A stretch of 64,000 bases of DNA from Chlorokybus atmophyticus. Its lineage: Eukaryota; Plantae; Mesostigma and Chlorokybus algae. Under the pieces are notes generated by a model. It had not been told where the DNA came from. It made no database searches and worked only from the letters and a program-made list of their open reading frames with translations. The DNA lies in contig RHPI01003156.1 in NCBI GenBank assembly GCA_009103225.1, positions 19,880 to 83,879 on the forward strand, given 5' to 3'. Positions 11,853 through 22,287 of this stretch are shown here, one piece after another. Both the position numbers and the translations under genes were made by a program. How positions within the stretch are numbered: the stretch's first letter is position 1; every line of letters starts with the position of its first letter.

Positions 11853-14800
11853 TTACCCACCTCTCCTCCCTTGCTCGTACGCTCTTTTGCTCTCCTCCAC
11901 CCTCCTCGCCATCTCCCTCTGTCTCCTAACAAACTCCCTCCCGCTCTCCACTCCCTCTCCCCCCTTGGCCACGTACGCCACCCGCCTGCCCCGTACGTCC
12001 AGGAACACGGTGAATCGCCGCAGCAGGTTGCCGCACAGGAGACCGGCGGCGTACTTGCACTGCTCGAGGCCGGGAGCTGTGGCGAGAAGAGCGCGCACAG
12101 AAGGGGAGGAGATGGTGAGAGCGTTGGGGTCGTCAGGATGGCCGAGCATCAGCCAGGGTAGCCGACCGTCTGAACTCTGCATCACAACACATGGTGAGTT
12201 GGTGGACTGAGGATTGACAGGAGGTACAACATATACATCAGAGATTGTGACGATGAAAGCCATGACGATGAGAGGCCTCGGCTTCCTACTACCATCATCC
12301 TCGTCATTTGGACACCGACTGTGGACACTCACTGTCATCACTGTCAGCGTCAACATATCAACTGTAGATAATCGTATGGATGTCGGTACGCAGCTACACA
12401 CAGGGTATTGTCTTTGAATGTGCATGTTCAGTCAATGAGCAGTAGCTGCGTATACATATTGATTGCCTCCGTATTACTTGACGACAGGAGTAATTTCGGC
12501 TCAGCTGTAAAAGCTTGTGACACATCAAGCGAACCAATGTTATGCTCTCACCGAGTATCCGGCTCCTGCTGCTCCGCCAATGCCTCGCAACTTTGCCGCC
12601 GATCTGTTTTCATAGGTCGCTGGCATGCAGTCCTGAACCTGAAAGAGGAGCACAAGACCAATGAGTCAGCCTTGTTACATAATCCGTGTGCTCAATACTT
12701 ATACGTGGCATGCTACTTACCGCAGCTGCATTGAAAATGCAATCGATGCCGCCTGCACCCGTATCCAGCAGCATCAGCACCGTCTTCATGAAGCCATGAC
12801 CACCACTGACGCCTTCCGTCGGGTATGTCACGTACACATAGGGCACGTTGCCCACCATGTACAACCTCTGTGCGGTGACATCATTGCCAACAGTAGAGTT
12901 GGTGATGCATCAGCCCTGCTTGTTTGTTATGCTTGCCATACAACATTGTGTGACAACACTCATATGACTGTTATGAAATGGTATGCAACCTGCCAGGGGA
13001 GATTTTGGTGCTCTGGCTGTGCGAGGAAGCGCTCAGGTTCATGAAATATAGCAACACGTTCCTGATTTAGATTATCGTCGTCGCCATCAGCATACTGGTG
13101 GTCATGGTTGTTTCGGGCTTCAACAGCGCGCATCTCAACAATGGACCGCACAAAGACATCAAACCTGCATCCAAACAGCAAATGCATGGGCAACGATAGT
13201 GTGCACGCTGACACCACACACACACACACACAAAATCCAACATACCCAACAATGCCGCAGACATTGTTGTCCCGATTGTGTTTCACGACACCGGCCATGT
13301 CCATCTCCATGAAGACGGGGCTATCTATACGCACGGATCCCACCCTCAAAGCCTGACCCGAGCGGTACCGACTCTTCAAACTCGCCCCAACACCCGCCAC
13401 ATACACCTATGTGGTTGCAATAACACACAATGAGACATGAGTCATGAACCAAGCACCTACCATAGCATCAACCATACCTCCCCGAAGGCGGGCATGTTCA
13501 TCGCATCGGCAGCTTCCCTCGTGATGACTAGCCCGCTGGCCCCGCTGTCGAGGACGAAATAGCGCTGACGAGGTGCTTTGTTTTTGTTGTTGGGATAAGT
13601 ATCACTATTGCTGCTGCTAGCAGCTTCATTGTCGTCAAAGGTTGGAGACACCAACACGTGACCAGAGGGTGTGGGGATGAGTGGGACCCTTACGGCCTCT
13701 CCTGATAATGGAAGGCAGGGGCATATCAGCTTGAAGGGATAACCAAAGGAGAATGCGATGACGATGTAACTACTACATCAACATCAACATCGTCAACAGC
13801 ATTGACAGAGGCACACGCCTGTGCACGCGTACCTGACAGGTAGGTTGTGTCATGCGCTACTGGCGAGGATTTGGGCATGTCATAGCTGACCCTCTTGACG
13901 TCATCAACGGTACCAACATCGTTACCATTGTCGCCAACAATGACCTCACCGGTCTCCAGCCAGTACTCGTCGCAGGCCTCGCCGTGCTCCGGAACTAGGC
14001 GAACCACGTGGAAGGGGACTCTGTGATGCACGCATGTTACGGCATGCAATATGTTGGTGATAGTGGCCTTGTGTGGTGCATGTGTCTTACTTGTAGCTAC
14101 TGTTGGCCAAGTTGTCCCAGTTGTGGAGGTTCCAGACTTCGTCCGCACCGTATGCGGATATCAGCAGCCGCGTGGGCAGCCAGGTAGTGGTATCAATGAC
14201 CACCTGCCCTCGCACCTGCACACATGGCACAAGCACGCTCTCGCACAGGTACACACAGGTACGCTTGCACACAGACCAGCGCGCGTGCACGCACGCGCGT
14301 GCACATATACACACACATGCGTGCACGCACGCACCCACATGCCAAGCACACTTCAACATCCACAGCGCTTCAGCAGCGCACCGCATGCACAGCCCACTCT
14401 TACATTACCGTCTCCAACTCGCAGCTCCACAACAATGGAGGTGTCCCGTCCTTTTGTTTTAGATGTTAACATCGAGCCAAGGACGCGTCTGTGCAGCAGC
14501 GCGCAGGGCGACTCGCTGAGCCAGTGACCCGATCTCACCCACCCGGCAAGCAGCGTAGCCTGAGTGCATGTGAAGGTTCCCGAAATTTATATATCTGAAC
14601 ATGCATGCATGCACTCAACCTACTTTACAAGACAGTGCCTTGAAGTGAGGCTATGAGCGCGGAGTATGTGAATCCAGCAAATGAGCGAGTTTGCGTGCAG
14701 CATATGAGCAATGAGTGAGTGGAATGAGTGAGTGCAACGCCCCAAGTGAGTGAGGGGACTGTGCTAAGTGACTGCTTGCATTAGTCAGCCGGACACGTAC

Positions 14801-16375
14801 TTCGCGGTCATCAAGTTCAAGAGCAGCGCTAAGGCACTCAACCAAACTTTACAAGACAGTGTCTTGAAGTGAGGCTATGAGCACGGAGTATGTGAATCCA
14901 GCAAGTGAGCGAGTTTGCATGCAGCATGTGAGCAATGAGTGAGTGGAATGAGTGAGTGCAACGCCCCAAGTGACTGAGGGGACTGTGCTAAATGACTGCT
15001 TGCGTTAGTCAGCCGGACACGTACTTCGCGGTCATCAAGTTCAAGAGCAGCGCTAAGGCCATTGGACACGTTGTGGTGCCAGACTGAGTCTTTGCCATCA
15101 TGGCCCCACTCCTCTCGCACATACTCGCAGTCCACATTCTCCCTGCAGTGCACGCATGTTTCACCACCCAACATCAACCCTATGTTTAACAATTTCCATG
15201 CGACATCAACAACTTGCCAGAATGCGCCCGTGTCCGTCTGCCACCTGCTCGACCATTGCGCTTCCATGCCGGCATAGAGCGTCCTGCCTGCATGCACACA
15301 GACACATACAATCAACCATCGTATACGCACGCATTACGTACGCAGCATGCTGCACAAGTGTGCGCGCATGCATGTGGCATACGCACCCACCACACACATG
15401 TGCAGACGCACACGCGCACAAACACGCACGCATACACACCCCTACACACGCGCGCCTCTGCACACCTGACAGGTGAACTTCGCACCCGCTCGCCTCAGCG
15501 TATCCCGTGGCTTCTCTGACCCGGGTCAGGATGGCAGTTTCATCCTCGGTGGCGGCACCATTTTTTATGTCCTTGACGTTGCTGAAGTCATTGCGGATGT
15601 CTGCTTTGAGGGCATTCTTGTCTTCAGTTTTTGGCTTGCTGCCGGCAACTAGAAACACACTCTCGCTATCGCTGTCAGCCGGCTTCAGCGCACACTGCAA
15701 CGTCACAAATACTTTCCGTCAACATGAACGGACAGTATAACTTTATATTTGAGCAATGCACATTGCTGGAATGAAAAGCAAAAACAGTGCAAGCAATGCA
15801 GTTTTTGCGGAAAACTGCATTGCTTGCACTGTTTTTGCCTTTGATACGTTTTTGCGGAATGCATTAAAAACATATGTGGGGCAAGCCGCACAAGTACAGC
15901 GCAACTCCTGCATGGCATGCACGCATTGCATGTATGCATGCGTATACATGTTAGGGTTTTGACTGGCTTACGTTCAACCAGCACTCGTTGCACTGAGCTC
16001 AATGCAAGTGCGGACTGTCACTGCATGAAGTACAGACAGCGCAAAAGCCATGATAATTAGAGCACCATATTGGCGGAGACAGATTGGTAGATAGAACAGT
16101 TTTCTATAATCAGCTGTAAGCCATATAGCAACAATCCACACCTGTGCTTGGCGCCATTGGTGGCGGTGTCCTTGCGGACATGGTCGTCGCCGCCACGCAA
16201 CTTTTTGGGGTGCGCTGGGTCTATGCGCTGCAAGGAGCCTTGCGGGAGGCGTCAGTGCGGCGGTGGATATGCTGGCTGAAGCCGTTGCCTCCCGCAGGGA
16301 CGACCATGACGGCCTCACCGCCGCCGCTGCCGCCACCGCCATGGCGACGTGCACACTAACGGAAATAAATGACAT
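11853..16375 (-). CDS. Two-lobed retropepsin-like (bacterial-type Asp_protease_2) aspartyl protease with N-terminal organellar transit peptide
   Basis: Two catalytic motifs YFVLDSGASGLVI (about 13550) and LMLLDTGAGGIDCIF (about 12760), each followed by a psi-loop-type GIVG-FDVF or GLLCGNLLRRFTVFLD motif; Ala/Ser/Arg-rich first exon MSFISVSVHVAMAVAAAAAVRPSWSS. Confidence 0.8.
14611..15058. repeat. Two-copy tandem duplication, 224-bp period, spanning an exon 3' end and its downstream intron
   Basis: gcactcaacc..actttacaagacagtg..gagcagcgctaagg occurs twice with few mismatches; ttcgcggtca at 14801 and 15025. Confidence 0.95.
15778..15838. repeat. Perfect 28-bp inverted repeat with 5-nt loop (intronic hairpin)
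   Basis: gcaaaaacagtgcaagcaatgcagtttt-tgcgg-aaaactgcattgcttgcactgtttttgc. Confidence 0.95.
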
Positions 16376-16555
16376 CTCTCACGCTACCTTCCGATTGGTG
16401 TGGAAGTTAAGTGTGGGTGCACTCACTGACGCCGTTGTTGCCGTCGATGCGCGGCACCCAACTGAACGACCGCTGCATTGCCAACTGCCCCAGCTGTTGC
16501 TCAAGCTACGTTTGTGACAGTTATGTAACTTCCGATTCCGCCGTGTATGGCTAGT

Positions 16556-16867
16556 GGAACGGGCAGCGCCGTTCTGTAACCCAAGCGGGGCATACGAGTG
16601 GCGTTGGATTGGCGTCCGACCCGTTGGGCCCAGGTCTGCGTGCCGATGGCCTGCCCGCTCCAAGCTGGGGGTCGTGTGCAGCGGGGGCTTCTGGGGAACT
16701 GGAGCTCTCGCGGCCGTTGGAGAGTGGGGTACCGCGCGAGGCGGGGAACCGAGCAGCGCAAACCTGCCGTCCTCGGCAGTGGGGGGAAAACGGGCCTGAA
16801 TGTGGATCCTGGATCACCCCGCGGGAACCGGATGTCCGAGACCGCCACTCAAATCACCGAACCTTTT
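16556..16867 (+). ncRNA. 7SL: Signal recognition particle RNA (7SL)
   Basis: Alu-domain hairpin gaacgg..ccgttc followed by TGTAACCCAAGCGGGG; plant-like TGGCCTGCCCGCTCCAAG; helix 6 ttctgg-GGAA-ctggag; helix 8 GAGG-CGG-GGAA-CCG-AGCAG; GCAGTGG..AACGGGCC; 5' gagtggcg pairs with 3' cgccactc; TTTT Pol III terminator at 16864-16867; about 310 nt. Confidence 0.92.
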
Positions 16868-16899
16868 GCGCTTTCGCACAGCGTTAGTGCCGTACCCAC

Positions 16900-19430
16900 A
16901 TGCAGTGTATAACGTTAGTGTATAACCTCTCTGTTGGAGACCTTCGACTAAGATGTAGCCTTGTAATAGACAATGTTTAAGGTACATACCATTCAAAATC
17001 TCTTTATTCTAGAGCAATCCCGCAGTAAGAGAGACCTCAACATCCTCGTTTTTGTCTTATACGGAGGGTACATTTTGGCATACATTGATGAATGTGCTTT
17101 ATAACAGTAATTCTTACGGAAATGAGCTAGTGTTTTGCATATCGTCGTGTCACATAGTATCGCATGTTTGAGAATGCATGATGTATGTGACATGACCTCA
17201 ATGTAAGAGCACAGTCTCTTACATCGATGAACGAGCATAGTCTCTTACGTCGAGGAAAGAGACTCTTTTAAAAGAGACAAAATACAGGGAATAAACGTGT
17301 CTCTTCGAATGAGGTCATACTGTACAATACCTATCCAAACAAGTCAATTTTCTTTCGCCCTTTTTTGCGTTTATATAAAAGCTAATGATTACTTCGGTGG
17401 AGATTGTTTAGGTACCGGTATATGCAAGACTTAGCATATAAGATATACAATTGATATGCCATAAGTAAAATGCGCACAATCTTGAAAATATTGTCATTTG
17501 TAAGATAGGCTAGCAAACTTTGTGTACAATTGTCACTTTCTTTCTCTTATGTGCCATATGCATCTCGTGTTTGCTAAACCAATAGCTCAGGGGTTTTCAT
17601 TTTCTTAGCGCACCAGATCTAATTTAATCACTCGCAAGCACCGCTGCTCATTTTAAGCAACGGTTGCATTGCTATGAACGCTATATGACTTCTCTCATGT
17701 GTTGATTGTGCTGCAAGTGAGCTTGCAGTGCACTTAAGGGACAAAAGATGACAGTTTAATTGTCATATAGTGTATCTCTGGTACATACATGAATGAGTTG
17801 TCAAGATATGTAACATCATATGCATAATTATAGAATTTGCAGTCTACATATACATGTCGCTGGTACGCATCTAGAGCGTCTTTTAACTATGGCCATTATT
17901 AAAACCAACAGCGGTATAGCATACACCATAGCCTGAGGCCATCAAGTTTGCATAATAGTACTTTATATGCATTTGAAGCTAATCAAAAATGATCTATTAT
18001 TAGCAAATGTTGGTTGGAAATTAGATTATATGTACAAGTATTGTGCTGAGAAATGTCCGGTATGTCATGAATGTGTAAAGAAAATATCACATTTTGTTAC
18101 TTGAGTGCATTTACAGATGTTTGACTCTAGGCTGACCGGTAACTGTACTATAATAAGTACGATTGGATTGCAACTCAAGCAATGTGTTGGTAGTAAAATA
18201 GACCTTTGATAAACCACATTACCCTTTTTTGTGGCATTAATAGTACAATATATATTAGGCTGAATAGCACATGCATCAGTGGGGCGTAAGGATCTTGAAG
18301 CATGTGGCTGCATGACCATGAGCGCAATATGTTATAGTGTTATCACTTAAACAACATTTCCATCATAAGCCATTAAATCTCAATAATAACTTCTCGTGTT
18401 GTTCTTCATAAGTTGCTTCTGGCTGATAATGTCACAAGTATGGATCAATATTACACATCTTCGAAACACGTCTATTCACAAGTCCGTTTTGCATTTTGAT
18501 TAAATACATAAAAATAATTAGTGTATGGAAGGTTTCCAATGTCACCGCTGACTTGCATTGATGAATCCCGCTTGAAAACAAGTAACAGCTTGGTAACCTA
18601 CTTACAGTATAAACGCTTTAACACTTTTTGCTTTGGCGTTGTCGCATGATACGGTATGGACATAAACTGCGTCTCGTTTAAAAAGTCACGGTGGATTTTC
18701 GAGTTTCGAGACTGCTAGTCTCCATATCGGCGATACCGAATAGAACAAGGACTGGATGTACAATACTCATGTGGTAAGTTATAAGACGGCATCTATAATA
18801 CTAATGTGGTGTGTTACTTAGCTTGTGCAACGTGCGATTTATCCACCATCAATTTGAGAGAAAAGCACTCTGAGCTTTGAGAAAAGAATTTTAATACAAC
18901 AATGCGTTGCAGCACCTTCAGGGGTGTCTGAATGTGCATCATAATATAGTTTTTTAAGGGTTTTCGTCATAACGTGTGATGGCAAGTACTAAGATGCCTT
19001 CTAGTAGCAACCAATGAAATGCAAAGATTTTACATAATATCTTGCTGATCATGACGCATAGAGCTCAAACGCAGGGTCACCTTAAATAATTGATTGGGTA
19101 AGATTTAGAATAACCACATGCGCCACGCCTTCCATTGCGACAGCTACATCCACCTGGTGTGTGCTGATGCTGCTAGCTTTGATAATATGAAGTGCAACGC
19201 ATAAAGGGATAGGTGCTGATCGTGTGCAAGTATGGCACGTATGGATGAGCTGGAAGCACCCGTGTCAGTAAGTGCGGTTGTGAACATACACTATACAACA
19301 TTGCGGCTTATAAGCTTTATCACATCATTATCCAACAGGCTGATACATACAGCTTTTATAGACTTACTTGCTGCAAACGCCGTTTGCAGCAAGTAAGTCT
19401 GCAAAGCTCATGGCGGCCATGAGCTTAGGT
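16900..19430. mobile_element. AT-rich gene-free island, probable decayed transposon sequence
   Basis: Abrupt drop in GC, no CA/TG intron-type repeats, no long ORF, clustered GAGAC/GTCTC motifs at the left end and perfect palindromes at the right end; no transposase motif firmly recognised. Confidence 0.4.
19360..19426. repeat. Two adjacent perfect palindromes (20-bp and 11-bp arms, each with a 1-nt loop)
   Basis: agacttacttgctgcaaacg-c-cgtttgcagcaagtaagtct (19360-19400) and aagctcatggc-g-gccatgagctt (19404-19426). Confidence 0.95.
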
Positions 19431-20200
19431 ACGTCCTCTCGCCTCTGGCATTCTATAATCTTTGGCGAACAATTTTGAGGCCGCTAGAGCTGCACCCACC
19501 GGCACCGGCATCACTTAGCCACATATGGATGTTTGCAAACCTACGTATGCGCATATGTGCGTGTGTGCCTGTACATCTGTGTGTGCAGGTGTTGTACTGT
19601 CACTGTGGCGTGAGTACCGTACTCTCATATAGCTTATGTGCATGCATGCACGTGCCATGTGCCACGCAATGCGTGCGTGCATGCGTGCGGTGTGTCTTGT
19701 CGACACATCATATGTTGCATGTGTATATGTGCGTTGTTGCGCGTGTGCACGAGTTCGCCGCACTATGCGGCATAGTGCGCGTGCGCATGTGCATGAGTGT
19801 GAAGTCTGGCATGACTTACTCGTGCATGAGTGCCCACGCGTGCGCGCTAGTGGGTGGGCGGGTAGGCGCGTGGGCAGGGGGGCGGGAGCATGCATGAACA
19901 TGCGTGTAGTGCTTTGATGTTGTTGCATGTGCATGCGGTGGTGTGCATGCAATCATGCTTACAACCATTCCATTATGCTCACGACCCAATTAACAAGTAT
20001 GTAGAGTTGCAACTTGCACCCTCCCGCGTAATTTAATTGTGCGGAAGCTTGCAATGTTCAAATACGTAAGAGAGTTTCCGCATGCGTGGCGCTTTAACAT
20101 AACATGCCCTTTCTCACCAAACACATATCGTATTTGCCCAAAAACCTCCCCGTAAAAAACATGACACCTCCCATTGATAGGGGGGGGGGGGCTTTGTTTG

Positions 20201-20258
20201 NNNNNNNNNNNNNNNNNNNNNNNNNNNNNNNNNNNNNNNNNNNNNNNNNNNNNNNNNN
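20201..20258. other. Assembly gap (N run) near poly-G tracts
   Basis: Ns with G runs on both sides. Confidence 1.
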
Positions 20259-22211
20259 GGGGGGGGGTGGGGGTTTTCCGGCAAATACAGTTTGCTGTGT
20301 GATTCCCCATTTGACAAACACAAAGCATATAAATGACTATCACATTTGCGGAAAGACAGTAAAAGCTTGGCCAAACAGCCTATTATGAATTAATTGCCAT
20401 TAAGTTGTTCAATAAACAAATAACAAGGACAATACAAAACATCGTACAGTACATCTATGCATGTAGGGCGTATATCTTACATAATGCGTTGTATACGAAT
20501 AGAATTATAAAGCCGTGTGTGGTGCCTAGCTGAAAATGCGCTTATTTATCTGTTGCAACCTCAGTTTCGTGCGCAATTGTTGTGATTGAATCCCTTTCTT
20601 ACCCGCTACGAATGTCGTTATTTCATTATATTTATACGTTATATGCTTATCATGAACATTGGAATCGGATTACATCCTCAGCTCAAGCTTATCATTTGAT
20701 ATATTGATTAAACCTTATTGCCCCAAAAACTATATTAAACGAGTAACGCGTACAACTTAATATGTGAGCTTTGTATGCATGATTATACCTTATATATGAG
20801 CTTATGTGACACATATTGCAAGCTTTATATCACTAGCATTGCACACCACAACACTCAGCATCCCCGCCCTCTGCCTTGCCTTGCTGCTGTTGCTGCGATC
20901 CATGCTACCGGTCCAACCTCCAGTCATGTGCGCACATGTCTGCTTACCTTGCCACCTTGAACTTGCTTCACCACCCCTCCCCTGCCTTGCTGCTCCTCCC
21001 TCCGCCCCTCTGGTCACCTCCAGGCTGCAGGATCCAGCACATACCTAGCACACTTAGCTAAGTTTGGTTGCTGCCCCCATAATTGTGTGCTGTTGCCCGT
21101 GTGTCTGTTTGCCTTGCGGCTTGCTTGCATGCTCTTGCATATGATTGAAAAGCCTACGCATAGCATGAAAACACACGCACGAGCTACTACTATGCATGTT
21201 GTATGCATTGATTGTAACAGCTGTACGTATGAGCATTGCACACTATCTATGCACCATGTACAATTCAGCCTCTATATGCACTATCACACTATCACACTAT
21301 GATATACACAAGCTCGATGTATGCATAACACGGAAATAGCTGCATAAACTTGAAATGCAAAAAACTTAACATAGTATTACAATGCCCTCACATTTGCTGG
21401 AAGAAAACACGCCGCATGCAGACGGTATCCCGCAGCGGGGCCATCCGAGTCCGCAACGCACACGACAGCGACGACTCGCCTCGCTGGTGCAGGTCGTCGC
21501 GCGTGCATCGGCGCGTTGCGATGCAGGGCTACGCGACAAACGACATGGCGGCGCGGCACATCACAATCAGCAGGCTAAGTCCCCAAGTCCCATGCGAGAA
21601 AACTTTTTCTTGCTGATGTGAGCAGGCTTTGAGACCGAGATAGGGTCCCACCTGGCCTCATGACACTTCATAGGCTGCTTGACGCAATGTCATGTCTCTG
21701 CTGAGTCGAGTTGAGTTCAGCGCTTGCACTTCCCTTCGCATGCCCTCTAACAAACAAGACTGATATTACAGCAGCACATATAGTGCGATACTTGTCACAC
21801 GTGAAGCAATAGAAGAACTGTGGATAACGCTTGCATGCCGTGCTTTGTCGTGCATGGGGCAAGCAGTGCTGTATGCCCCATGCACGGCAACAACAAAGTT
21901 TCCTTGCCGCTATGGCATCCAGAGGTGGAAAAAGGTCTCAGCCTTCCCCACTTCTGTCGCTTCTGTCCTGCTGACAGCGACGTGGACAACACGACACTGT
22001 CAGTCAGACAGTGTCGTGTTGTCCCAGACGCCGCTGCCGCCATTTTGGGCAGCCTTCACTTTGCTGGTACACTTTTCAGCTTTCAGCAATAGCACTACAG
22101 CGCACTTGGAGTTAAGAAGGAGGACGTGTGAAGGCTCTGTACAGACGCCGCCCTCCAGTGCATGCCTGATTGGAAGAGGTAGACTCTCTCTCTCTCTCCC
22201 TCTCTCTCTCT

Positions 22212-22242
<31 letters not shown>

Positions 22243-22287
22243 ACACAAGCACAGTGCTCACTACCCACCGCTGTCTAGAGCAACACC

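Noticed and set aside
16500-16870. RNase P/MRP or telomerase RNA as the identity of the GC-rich structured segment
   Set aside because: No telomere template or P4 consensus was found; the SRP Alu and S-domain motifs explain it fully.
19475-19960. Cys/His/Val/Arg-rich ORFs in CA/TG tracts (here and in many introns)
   Set aside because: They are low-complexity translations of RY repeats, not protein-like.
20775-22100. Possible exons upstream of the beta-helix gene
   Set aside because: There are isolated splice-like sites, but no coherent coding frame; likely UTR, promoter or lncRNA.
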